Below are positions 1 through 10,692 of a DNA stretch of 64,000 bases, piece after piece. A program made the translations under genes and the position numbers. The notes beneath the pieces are model-generated. The model saw only the letters and a program-made list of their open reading frames with translations, was not told the DNA's origin and made no database searches. Source of the DNA: Felis catus (Eukaryota); the NCBI RefSeq assembly GCF_018350175.1, contig NC_058369.1, positions 19,098,001 to 19,162,000 on the forward strand. Direction: 5' to 3'. Numbering within the stretch: position 1 is the stretch's first letter; every line of letters begins with the position of its first letter.

Positions 1-270
1 AGTGATTTATAAACTCCTTGTTTGACTGTTTGTAGTCGGTTGCATGGTTACTTTTTAAGCGTGGAATCAAATCGAGTGGCACTTAGTTCAGGCGGCTTGG
101 TTCCTTGCCATGGCAAAGTATCAAGAAGATCCCCAAGTCAAGTCACATTTGTAAAGCTGCTTCCCAATTGGCTTTGTCACGCAGTGTTGAAGCAGTGGGA
201 GAGAGATTCACCTGTTATAAAGGAACTGACTAACACGAGTATCCCGTCTATATCTGAATGCTGTCTCTAG

Positions 271-344
271 GTGTAAGCCGTGGTTTCGCCTTCGTGGAGT
301 TTTATCACTTGCAAGATGCTACCAGCTGGATGGAAGCCAATCAG
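271..344 (+). CDS. RBM5: RBM5 exon 6 (RRM1 RNP1 region: [24 protein letters not shown])
   Basis: ctctag|GTGT acceptor; weak CAG|gttgct donor; 74 nt; RGFAFVEF is an RNP1 motif. Confidence 0.95.
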
Positions 345-2815
345 GTTGCTTCACTCACCAAGTCTAGATATTCATGAAAATGGAACAAGTCTGTACAATT
401 TAAAAAAAAAAAAGGTTGAAGGAGTGGTTTGTTCCAAAGGAGTGATTTTTTTTTTTAAAGAAAAGCTTTGTATATATTAAAATTGATATTATTAGAATAA
501 ATAACAGCAGCAAGGACTGCATTGCAGAATGTGCTCTGCCTTTAAACATGGCTGCCTGGCAGGACTTTGTTAATCACTGAATACCTGTCTGGTGATTACC
601 AAAACATCTTAATGTTCCCTTTTCCCCTACTGATTATGTTCCTATTCATTATGTCCATTGAGAGTAATCTTAAAGTACCCAACTCTCGATTGGACAGTAA
701 AGAGAATATAGTAGAAGTCTGCTACTGGCATTTTGTAAGTGATTCCTTATTTCTACTTGGAGACCATAAGCCTCCTGGAGGCATAACTGTTCGTATGGGT
801 CTTCAGGACTATTTAAGGACCTCCGTGGAATTTATGAACAATAAGTCTGATGAGATTAGCCTGGGAGCTAGTGTCCTGCTGCTGTCTAATCTAGTTAAAC
901 TGGCATTAACGTTCTAATCTCCCTGAGAATGCCTTTTAAAGTCCGTTGAAAGCAAATCATTGATGGTTCTTTGATGTAGCATTAACTGAAGTGTTCTACA
1001 GTTTGTCAAGAAAACGTTCAGTACTTGGCACTTCAGTAACATTTTTTGCCAGAACTCCATAGCACAGTGTTGAATGCCTTAACCAAATGCGTTCTGAGAA
1101 GTTTGCTTAACTCATTATGTTGCTTTTCTGCAGCATTTTATTTGTCACCCATAAATAAGAGTTACATTCTTTAGTAATATAACAAGACTCACTAATGAGG
1201 GTATCATTTTGATTGATTTGTTAGATTTTTAAGCCTCTCATTTTCTTAACCCAGAGGTGACAGCCTGATCTTAAAAGTGAAGCTTCATTCATTTCATACC
1301 ATGGACATCATACTAGTAAATATAGAATATAAACACAAGCTTCATGTGAGTCTGCTTTCTTGATGTGACAGCATCTTTTGATGCAGTGGAAGTATCAGAA
1401 TGACTTGCCTGGGAGTTTAAAACTCCAAAGAAATTAAAACCCACAAGACATTTAAAAAGATCTCCACAATTTTAATGTATACAAAGCTAAGTTACTGTGT
1501 AATATTTCATTACAGTTCAAATTCACTCCAGAAATAAAAGGCTAATAGGATTAGGGACTCAGTGATAGTTTGGAGTCTCCCCCAGCACACACCCCTCCTA
1601 CTGGGATGATCTGTTGACATATCTCCCAGCTTCATTTTTGTTTCTGTACAACACAGTGAGTGGATGGCCCTTCAGCTTTTTCCTTCTTGGCCAGACATGC
1701 AGTCTTGCCTTTAGATAATGCAGAGACAACATTCACAGCATGTCTTAACTCTTCCAGGATTTGCAAGAACCAAATTGCTCAACAGTATGTATATTTAGAG
1801 GGGTTAGACTCCTTTTAAAAATTTGGATATCTAACCTCCTACTAATTCTGTTCTGATATTGTCAGAACATCCCATTCCCTCCCCCCTCCTGCCCCCCCCC
1901 CCCAATAAAAAAAAAAGAAGAAGAAGAAGAAAAGATGCTCCTGTTAAATGAAGGCTCTTTGGGGGCAGGTGCTGGATATACATACTCTTGGCTAGACTGA
2001 GCTTGGAGTTTTGACCTTCAAAGTTGATTCCCTTTTAGTCACATGGTTGACCTGAAGGGTAAGGTGGTGTATGCATTTATAAACTCTTCCGACCCCCCTG
2101 AAGAAACTTCATTGGCCTCCTGGTTACTCATCCTGAAGAGAGTACCATGTATTTCAGTGAAAAACACATCCATCACTTAGGACGTGACATGGTTTCAGTT
2201 GGCAGGAAGAAATCTCATTTAGCTGCTTTAGAGTGGATGGCATTCAGGATAGGTCCTCCTAAGAAAAAGTTGTAACCAGATTCCCTTTGAAAATGAGCTC
2301 CCCTCCCCTCGTCCCCCAGAGGACAGACACATGCTGAAGCAGGAGTTTGGGGAAAGGGAAAATAGAAAGGCTTTTACTTTACATAAGGACGGGGGACTGG
2401 GGGAAAAGTGAAGCGAAGCCCAAGGACACCATGCTGAGGCTAAAGTAGGCAATCTCAGAACTGGGAGAGTTGTGTCTTCTGCTTTTTGAAATAGACTGTC
2501 ACTCTCGGGCAGCCTGGCAATGCTGAATGTTAGGACTTCTGTCTCTGCTGGAGACACGGCCTGGTGCATGTCAGCGGTTAGAGTTTGGCAGCTTTCTCAG
2601 CACTCCCTGACTCCGTTTACCTTTACTCCGCATCCCATTCTCTTACTGCCTATCTGAAGGATTGGATGGGCAGAGTATAGGTGGCGGTGGTTGGTCCTCC
2701 CCGTATGTTGTCCATTTAATTCCAGAGCACTGATTTTTCCGAAGTGTGCTCTGCCCTGGGAAAATGGACACATGTTCCTCACAATGGGAATAACTAGTTA
2801 CTTCTTTTTTTACAG

Positions 2816-2899
2816 AAAAAGCTAGTGATTCAAGGAAAGCACATTGCGATGCATTATAGCAATCCCAGACCTAAGTTTGAAGATTGGCTTTGTAACAAG
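2816..2899 (+). CDS. RBM5: RBM5 exon 7 (KKLVIQGKHIAMHYSNPRPKFEDWLCNK)
   Basis: tttttacag| acceptor, |gtaagc donor, 84 nt, in frame; end of RRM1 and start of the RanBP2-type zinc finger. Confidence 0.96.
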
Positions 2900-3097
2900 G
2901 TAAGCATGTGTTCTTCCCAGATAGACCAAACTCCTTCAAGTTTTGTTTTCTCTCTGTCTGAACAAGGAAGCTAGAAAGTATACAATCACCAGCTTTTATC
3001 ATAGGGTGATTTTCCTGGTTCATGACTTTCTTTTCATCCTCCTGTTCAGGTACTAGAATCCCTAGAACATTAGAGATTTTTTTAAGATCCAGGTTCT

Positions 3098-3285
3098 TGG
3101 ACACCTGGGTGGGTCCGTTGGTTAAGCCTCCGGCTTCAGCTCAGATCATAATCTCAAGGTTCACAAGTTTGAGACCCAATTGGGCTCCTACTGACAGCTC
3201 AGATTCTGTGTCTTCTCTCTCTCTTCCCCTCCCCTGCTCACACTGTCTGTCTCTCTCTTTCAAAAATAAACGTTGAAAAAAAAAA
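3098..3285 (+). mobile_element. Can-SINE (SINEC_Fc-like)
   Basis: tRNA-derived head, CT-rich tract, AATAAA and A tail; TSD AGATCCAGGTT. Confidence 0.9.
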
Positions 3286-3297
3286 AGATCCAGGTTT

Positions 3298-3490
3298 GGG
3301 GTTGCCTCGGTGGCTCAGTTGGTTGAGCGTCTGACTCTTGATTTCAGCCCAGGTCATGATCTCACAGTTCATGGGTTCGAGCCCTGCATCAGCCTCTGTG
3401 CTGACAGCGTGGAGCCTGGTTGGGATTCTCTCTCTGCCTCTTCTTCACTCATGCTCGCTTGCTCTGACTTCAGAATAAGTAAATAAATAT
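3298..3490 (+). mobile_element. Can-SINE, tandem to the previous copy
   Basis: TGGCTCAGTTGGTTGAGCGTCTGACTCTTGATTTCAGCCCAGGTCATGATCTC head; same TSD. Confidence 0.9.
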
Positions 3491-3669
3491 TTGGGGGGTT
3501 GGGGGAGATCCAGGTTCTAAGCTCAGTGTTTCAATTAGGATTTTAGGTTTGTTCCACTTTACTGTTTCTTGATTTCTAGAGCTCTCAACTTGTGGCATAG
3601 TCCTTAATTACATTAACAAAATCCTTCTGACTCTGCTCAAGTTATGTAAGATCCGTTATGGTTCTGTCA

Positions 3670-3794
3670 GGGCACCTGGCTGGCTCATTCGATAGAGCAT
3701 GCACCTCCTGATCTCAGAGTCGTAAGTTCAAGCCCCACATTGGGCATACAGCATACTTAAAGAAAAAATAATAATACTAAAAAGAAATTTAAAA
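3670..3794 (+). mobile_element. Short, older Can-SINE (tRNA-like head plus A tail)
   Basis: GGGCACCTGGCTGGCTCA...GTTCAAGCCCCACATTGGGC followed by an A-rich tail. Confidence 0.8.
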
Positions 3795-4279
3795 GCAGAG
3801 ATATTGTAGTCCTGTCAGCATTGCACCATTTGAGCTTGCCATTCTGAGAGTATTCCGATTCATTGTTCTTCACGTCTGCTGTTTCCAGAAGGGGGCTTGA
3901 CAGTATTCCATTCACATCTTGCTTGTGTGTATAGAGTGGTCCATATAGTGAGTGCTCTTCTGATTGAAGAACAAATTTTGCCACTGTTTGCTGTAGGGTT
4001 TTGGGTGAACTTAAACTTTCCCTCAACTTGATAAAAAGGGAATTCCACTTCAAACTATGTCAAGATTTGTTTTTCTTGTTAGAATTCACATACTGAAACA
4101 TTTTACATTTAAAATTTTTAGGTGAATGCCCTTTTGTCTTGGTTACATGTTATCACTCTCTGCTTTTTTATTTGCTTACTGGGACTTGTCCATGGCCCTG
4201 TAGCCCCTAACCCACCTCATCACTAGTAAGCCTGGCCTACTGTGAGAAATAATTACAGAGAAAACTTTTTTTCTTCCAG

Positions 4280-4340
4280 TGCTGCCTTAACAATTTCAGG
4301 AAAAGACTGAAATGCTTCCGGTGTGGAGCAGACAAGTTTG
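4280..4340 (+). CDS. RBM5: RBM5 exon 8 (CCLNNFRKRLKCFRCGADKF; RanBP2 zinc finger)
   Basis: ttccag| and |gtaagc; 61 nt; zinc-finger cysteines. Confidence 0.96.
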
Positions 4341-4391
4341 GTAAGCCCAAACTCAGCTATTTGGAATATGCATTGAAAACCTGACTAATTA

Positions 4392-4554
4392 GGGGGCACC
4401 TGGGTGGCTTAGTTGATTGAGTGTCCAACTCTTGGTTTGGGCTCAGGTCATGATCTCATAGTTCATGGGTTTGAGCCCCAAGTTAGGCTCCATGATGATA
4501 GCGCACCCCTGCATGCACACTATTTCTCAAAAATAAACTTAAAAAAACAAACCA
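4392..4554 (+). mobile_element. Can-SINE, internally deleted
   Basis: Typical head; TSD AAAACCTGACTAATTAGG on both sides. Confidence 0.9.
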
Positions 4555-4979
4555 AAAACCTGACTAATTAGGTTGTCTGTGGTATAGATTGTAAAGCATT
4601 TCAGGAAGTCATGTATCTTCTGTAAACTTTGCTTACCTTGTGTTAGGGAGATGCTTCTGATGACTGTGTGTGCAGAGAGTTCCTTTATTTTCCAAAATTA
4701 AGTCTGCTCACCTGGTTTGCATTTTGAGTCTGTTTTTCTGTAGTACCGAGGTAATGTCAGTCCTCTCCGGCCCAGTTTCTGCATTCCACATGTATCGTGT
4801 CAAAATTAATGATGTTTTATTATAGCCACAGATGGTTTAAAAAGGAAAAAATGGCTACTACGTTTGCTTACAATTAAAACTTCGGGGTTTGAATGTATTT
4901 CTTTACTAAAAAAAAATACTGGTTTATTATTTGTTTGTCTTCAGTAACTGACTCCCCCTGTCTCCTCCCCTTCTTGTAG

Positions 4980-5045
4980 ACTCTGAACAGGAAGTGCCCC
5001 CTGGAACCACAGAATCTGTTCAGTCTGTGGATTACTACTGTGATA
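4980..5045 (+). CDS. RBM5: RBM5 exon 9 (DSEQEVPPGTTESVQSVDYYCD)
   Basis: ttgtag| and |gtaagt; 66 nt; phase matches both neighbours. Confidence 0.95.
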
Positions 5046-5304
5046 GTAAGTTCCAGTATATTCTTGGCCTTTATGGTATTACTTGACCTCAGTTGGGAGT
5101 TTTTGTGCTCTTACACTTTTTTAATGACCAACATTAGCTTTAGTTTAACCCATGAAAGATTGGTTTTTAGAATCTTCTCCATGTCAAAGTGCAAGATATA
5201 CTAGGAACCTCCCAAATGGATTTATGTGTTTGTACTTGAGCCTGCCTTCAAAAGCATTGGTGGTGGTAATGCACATACATGTTATTTGTCTCTTTCACCT
5301 CCAG

Positions 5305-5465
5305 CAATCATACTTCGAAACATAGCCCCGCACACTGTGGTGGATTCCATCATGACAGCGCTGTCTCCCTATGCATCCTTAGCTGTCAATAACATTCGCC
5401 TCATAAAAGATAAACAGACCCAGCAGAACAGAGGCTTCGCATTTGTGCAGCTGTCCTCTGCAATG
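5305..5465 (+). CDS. RBM5: RBM5 exon 10 (RRM2: [10 protein letters not shown]...[12 protein letters not shown])
   Basis: ctccag| and |gtgagc; 161 nt; RNP2 and RNP1 motifs; overlaps ORF 5226..5492. Confidence 0.97.
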
Positions 5466-5505
5466 GTGAGCTCACTGAATCTTCTCTTTTAAAAGAAACT
5501 GGGCT

Positions 5506-5625
5506 TGGAGCACCTGGGTGGCTCAGTCAGTTAGGCAGCCGACACTGAGCATGGAGCCTGCTCAAGATTGTCTCTCCCTCTGCCTCTCTCCTCTGTTCAT
5601 GTTCTCTCTAGAATAATCATTAAAT
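5506..5625 (+). mobile_element. Can-SINE, internally deleted
   Basis: CACCTGGGTGGCTCAGTCAGTT head, CT tract; TSD AAACTGGGCTT. Confidence 0.85.
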
Positions 5626-6057
5626 AAACTGGGCTTTAAGAGACAAATGTGGTTCATCTAAAAGTAGTACTCTCTGTAAGGCTCCTGGAACCCAAAGTTC
5701 AAGACTACGTAATGATAGTTATTGTAGTGCTAAATTAGAGGATCAGTTACTTTGATAAGTGGTAAAAATAATGCGTATACCTGTGAATGATTGGCAGAAC
5801 TGAAGTTTTGAGCCACACTTTAATTTTTCCTTCTTGCTTTGTTTTAGATTGATTTAACATTTACTCCTTTAATAATATGGAATGCCTTCATGTGCTGGAG
5901 GAAAGAGGGCTGTATTTTTTCCTTGAGGTTTCGTGTGTACAAACAATTATGAATTACTGTTCTTTTTTAATAGAAAGCTGTATTTCTTTGAATGGGGTAG
6001 GTGGTAGGGAGAGATTTTAAATTATAGGACAAAATCGTCTTTCTTGACCTTCTTCAG

Positions 6058-6155
6058 GATGCCTCTCAGCTTCTTCAGATATTACAGAGTCTCCATCCTC
6101 CTTTGAAAATTGACGGCAAAACTATTGGGGTTGATTTTGCGAAAAGTGCCAGAAA
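6058..6155 (+). CDS. RBM5: RBM5 exon 11 ([33 protein letters not shown])
   Basis: cttcag| and |gtgagt; 98 nt; end of RRM2. Confidence 0.96.
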
Positions 6156-6758
6156 GTGAGTAACTTCATTGTCCTTATTTCAAACTGCTGTACTTGCACA
6201 CTTGCCCAGGGATGCTTTGCTGACTGTACCCTAAGCCCATGTTCTCCTCCCTGAGACACAATCCTCCCTGGTTGCCAAGGTCAGGAGGGAGTCAGCTGTC
6301 TTTCTTAAAACATATTCTTTCCTGTCCTGAGGAACCAGTTGCTGGAAAACTACAAAGCAGGACAGAGGCAGACATGGCAGATGGGTTGAGAATATGTGCT
6401 ATGCAAACAGCTTCAAGGTGGTGCAAACCCATCTGGAATTAATCTTTTCCTTCCAGAAGCTTCGTATAGAGAAAGCTTTAGTCTAGAGATATAAATGTCC
6501 CATTTGAAGGGTCATTACTCATCCAGCAGATACCTTACTAGATGGCAGGATACAGAGTAAAATGGTGACACTACAGAGACATTTGCCCACTGAGGAATTG
6601 GCCCATGGAGACCCCTTTCTGCTCTGAAATGAGGCCTTGCTAGCATTTGAGAGTTCCTGACAAGGGCTAGAGTGAATTGATGTTTCCTTGACAGTATGGG
6701 AGCATGGATAGGAAGCATACTGAGATAGAATCACATGCTTGGATTTTTGTGGTTTCAG

Positions 6759-6846
6759 AGACTTGGTCCTCCCAGATGGTAACCGGGTCAGCGCCTTCTC
6801 TGTGGCTAGTACAGCCATTGCTGCAGCTCAGTGGTCATCCACCCAG
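6759..6846 (+). CDS. RBM5: RBM5 exon 12 (DLVLPDGNRVSAFSVASTAIAAAQWSSTQ)
   Basis: tttcag| and |gtaaga; 88 nt; in frame. Confidence 0.95.
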
Positions 6847-7006
6847 GTAAGATAGATATTTTTTGTCAAAGTAGTGTGTTGGTGCCCAAATTCACAGAAG
6901 TAGTCTTAGAAGCTCTCTAAGGACAGTTTTAGGGAGTACTTCCTGGCTTCTTTCCTTGGTGTCTACTAAACTCACCTGTGTGTCCTCTTCTTTTGACATG
7001 CTGTAG

Positions 7007-7084
7007 TCTCAGAGTGGTGAAGGAGGCAGTGTTGACTACAGTTACCTGCAGCCAGGCCAAGATGGCTATGCCCAATACGCTCAG
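7007..7084 (+). CDS. RBM5: RBM5 exon 13 (SQSGEGGSVDYSYLQPGQDGYAQYAQ)
   Basis: ctgtag| and |gtaggt; 78 nt. Confidence 0.94.
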
Positions 7085-7165
7085 GTAGGTAGATTTGACC
7101 AACATCCACCTTCTCTCCAGAGCATGTCTGAGAACAGCAGCTTTTAACAGTGCACTTTTCTTCAG

Positions 7166-7238
7166 TACTCACAGGATTACCAACAGTTTTATCAACAACA
7201 AACTGGAGGATTGGAATCTGATGCGTCATCTGCATCAG
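7166..7238 (+). CDS. RBM5: RBM5 exon 14 (YSQDYQQFYQQQTGGLESDASSAS)
   Basis: cttcag| and |gtagta; 73 nt. Confidence 0.94.
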
Positions 7239-7307
7239 GTAGTAAACTTCATCTGTTTTACCTTTTGTTTAAGTAGCTGTGGTTGAGGAGATAGAACTAG
7301 ATGTCCT

Positions 7308-7466
7308 TGGCGCTTGGAGGGCTCAGTTGCTTAAGCGTCTGACTCTTGATTTTCCGGTCGTTAGATTGAGTCCTGCAATGGGCTCTGTGCTGTTAGCACA
7401 GATCCTACTTGGGATTCTCTCTCTTTGCCCCTCCCCTGTGTGTACTTGCTCACCCGCGTGCGCGCG

Positions 7467-7504
<38 letters not shown>

Positions 7505-7530
7505 ACAAATAAATGTAAAAAAATAATAAT
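7308..7530 (+). mobile_element. Can-SINE with expanded (GC)n(CT)n tract
   Basis: SINE head, GGGCTCTGTGCTG, (CT)n, A-rich tail; TAGATGT on both flanks. Confidence 0.88.
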
Positions 7531-8027
7531 TAGATGTTTTAACTAGACCCCAAGCCAGGAGTCCATTTCCCTGCAAGGTGGGGGTGGGGGGGGGTGTACA
7601 TTCAGTGCTGTCTCCATGTGCGTAAGGTTCTGGGGAAGATTAGAAGTACTTGAGTCGCTGAGAGTGTGAAACCCATGTTGTGATGAGTATTCGTTCTTGG
7701 AATTCAGCTTTGTATCTCCCCTCTCTGTGTTGTTTGGAATCATGGGTGCCCACATAGGTTCAAATGAGCAGGAAGGGTGTGGCCCTAGATTCTGGTGACC
7801 AGAAATCAATCGCAAGGGTCATTATAAGAAGGCCTTGCTTTACTTTTTGTTGTAGAATTCTAAAAGTCATATGGTTAAATCTTTTCTCAACCCCAGATAT
7901 GGATTCCTCTTCCTTTTTTTTAGTTGTCATACAGAATATTTAACTTTGTGACATTCTAGTAGGATTATAAAAATGAAAATGTCATAGGTTCCAGGATGCT
8001 TAGTAGGAATTAAGAACTGATACATCA

Positions 8028-8443
8028 GGGCACCTGAGGCTCAGTTGGTTGACCGTCAGACTCTTCATTTTGGTTCAGGTCATGATCCCACAGTCATGAG
8101 ATAAAGCTCTACATCAGGCTCTGCACTGAGCGTGGAATCTGCTTGATTCTTTCTGCCATTGTCCCCACCCCCGCTCATATGTGCACATACATTCTCACTT
8201 GTTCTCTCTAAAAATTACAAAATAGGGGCACCTGGGTGTCTCGGTCACTTAAGCATCCGACTTTGGCTCAGGGCATAATCTTGTGGTTCATGGGTTCAAG
8301 CCCCACATCAGGCTGTGTGCTAACAGCTCAGAGCCAGGAGACTGCTTTGGATTCTGTGTCTCCCTCGCTCTTTGCCCCTCCCCCACTCATTCTCTGTCTT
8401 TATCTCTCCAAAAAGGTATATAATAATAATGATGATAAATAAG
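8028..8443 (+). mobile_element. Two tandem Can-SINEs (about 8028-8224 and 8226-8443)
   Basis: Two consecutive GGGCACCTG heads, each with a CT-rich body and A-rich tail. Confidence 0.88.
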
Positions 8444-8552
8444 TAACTGACCTCACGACAGAAGGCTAGTTTGGGTATTACAGATAAAGATATTTGGCTT
8501 TGAGTTCATTGCCTTGGCCCTTTCTAACCCTGCATGCATCATTTATCATCAG

Positions 8553-8638
8553 GCACAGCAGTGACCACCACCTCAGCGGCTGTAGTGTCCCAGAGTCCCC
8601 AGCTGTATAATCAGACCTCCAATCCGCCTGGCTCTCCG
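8553..8638 (+). CDS. RBM5: RBM5 exon 15 (GTAVTTTSAAVVSQSPQLYNQTSNPPGSP)
   Basis: catcag| and |gtaatc; 86 nt; phase consistent. Confidence 0.94.
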
Positions 8639-9037
8639 GTAATCCTGTCATCCTAAATACAGAACTGGTGACTGTTGGGGAAACTTTATTTTGTTGTACA
8701 CGTATTATCCTTTCCTGCTGTATGAGCCAGGATTGAATAATACACAGACATTCCGACCTTACTTCTCTCTGTTTGGTAGTATTAGATAATGAAATAATTT
8801 GGAGTGTGTATTTAAAACATAAGATTCCAAACAAGGGGTATTTATACATTCTGCATGCTTCGACTTGACCTTTAGGAAGAAAGTTGTCAGCATGTGTTTT
8901 GCTGAAGGATTGCCTTAGATCATTGCTACAATGTGTCTGTCAGGGGAGCCCTTCCTCCTGGATGGATGATTGCAGTGATTTAGTTCTCTTAAGAGGCTTT
9001 ACAGTTGAAATTATATTGAAGCTGCTGTTCTTTCCAG

Positions 9038-9122
9038 ACTGAGGAAGCACAGCCTAGCACTAGCACAAGTACACAGGCCCCAGCCGCTTCCCCCACTGGT
9101 GTAGTTCCTGGTACCAAATATG
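9038..9122 (+). CDS. RBM5: RBM5 exon 16 (TEEAQPSTSTSTQAPAASPTGVVPGTKY)
   Basis: ttccag| and |gtaagc; 85 nt, so skipping shifts the frame. Confidence 0.95.
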
Positions 9123-9282
9123 GTAAGCCAAACCTCATGGGGCTGTTAACAGTTGGAAGGTCCTAGTTGTTGTCTGTGTCTAGTAAGAGTTCCTCTCCCT
9201 TTGTGGGTGTCAGAGGGACACTTGGGGATATGAGAGAAGACGACCATTAAGGCCTGCTGCATCTCCGTGGCTTAGAATTTGA

Positions 9283-9528
<246 letters not shown>

Positions 9529-9651
9529 TGACCCAGATTAGTTTTAAGTTCTTCAGAACCACCAAGATGTAATTTCTATTTTGGGATTTTAATTTTTAAA
9601 GGTTAAAAAAAGATGTTTTCAGGTACAACGTACATACAGAAAAATACACGA

Positions 9652-9850
9652 GGGTCACCTGGGTGGCTCAGTTAAGCATCCAATTCTTGATTTCAGCTCA
9701 TGATTTCACAGTTCGTGAGTTCAAGCCCCAGCCTTCTTGGGATCCTCTCCCTCTCTCTGCCCCTCCCCCATTCATGTGCACTCACTCTCTCTGTCCCTCT
9801 CTCTCTCCCTCCCTCTCTCTCAAAAATAAATAAACTTCAAACAATAGAAG
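9652..9850 (+). mobile_element. Can-SINE
   Basis: Head, CT tract, AAAATAAATAAAC tail; TSD-like AGAAAAATA(C/T)AC. Confidence 0.88.
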
Positions 9851-10190
9851 AAAAATATACAGAGCTGAAGTGTACTTTTATTTGAATGTTCATATGTATA
9901 CACATCAATATATATCAGCACTGAGAGGAGAAAACATTCCTGGCATGCTGAAGGTTCCCTTATGCCCCTTGTCAGTTAGTACCCATCCCCTTCAGTAATC
10001 ACTAGTCAGACTTCTAGTACTACTGTGGATTAGGTTGTCAAGTTATTATAGGTGGTTGTTAGTCATTATGTAAAGACCTAGATTGAAGTTTCAAATTGTG
10101 GTTTCTCTTCCTATGTATTTTTTAAAACTGAGATGAAATTCACATGACATAAAATTCACTTTTTTTTTTTTAAGATTTTATTTTTGCATA

Positions 10191-10408
10191 GGGGCGCCTG
10201 GGTGGCTCAGTCGGTAAGCATCCGACTTTGGCTCAGGTCATGATCTCGCAGTTTGTGAGTTTGAGCCCCACATAAGGCTCTGTGCTGACAGCTTGGAGCC
10301 TGGAGCCTGCTTGGGATTCTGTGTCTCCCTCCCTCTCTGCCCCTCCCCCGCTTGTGCTCTGTCTCTCAAAAATAAATAAGCATTAAAACATAATTTTTTT
10401 CAAAAAAA
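10191..10408 (+). mobile_element. Young Can-SINE (SINEC_Fc-like) nested in an antisense short SINE (about 10160-10502)
   Basis: Near-consensus element; TSD TTTATTTTTGCATA on both sides; the host SINE halves continue on the minus strand. Confidence 0.9.
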
Positions 10409-10587
10409 TTTATTTTTGCATAAACCCAGCATGGGGCTCGAATTCACAACCCATGAAATCAAGAGTCTCATGCTCTACTGACTGAGCTAGCCAAATACCC
10501 TTAAAATTTACCCATTTTAACCATTTAGAATGTGTAATTTGAATATACTGGCAATGTTGTGCTACCATCACCACTAACTCCAAAACA

Positions 10588-10692
10588 TTTTTTAAATTTA
10601 TTTTTAGTAATCTCTGTACCCAACATAGGGCTCAAACTCATGACCTTGAGATGAAGAGTTGCATGCTGCTACTGACTGAGCCAGGCACCCCT
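10588..10692 (-). mobile_element. Short Can-SINE, antisense
   Basis: Poly-T, then GGGCTCAAACTCATGACCTTGAGAT...ACTGAGCCAGGCACCCC. Confidence 0.8.

Noticed and set aside
105..116. Palindrome TTGCCATGGCAA in RBM5 intron 5 (X-box-like)
   Set aside because: It lacks the outer G and C of the X-box and stands alone; it cannot be distinguished from splicing-related constraint or chance.
5..2086. 12-mer ATTTATAAACTC repeated at 5-16 and 2075-2086
   Set aside because: Many 12-mer repeats are expected by chance in a window of this size, especially in AT-rich sequence; no positional logic.
3670..3760. tRNA-like sequences with A/B boxes (also near 11562 and 29444)
   Set aside because: These are heads of tRNA-derived Can-SINEs with A tails and TSDs, not tRNA genes.
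7085..7165. 81-nt (3n) RBM5 intron 13 as a possible in-frame retained intron
   Set aside because: It contains an in-frame TAA at its 21st codon, unlike intron 23.
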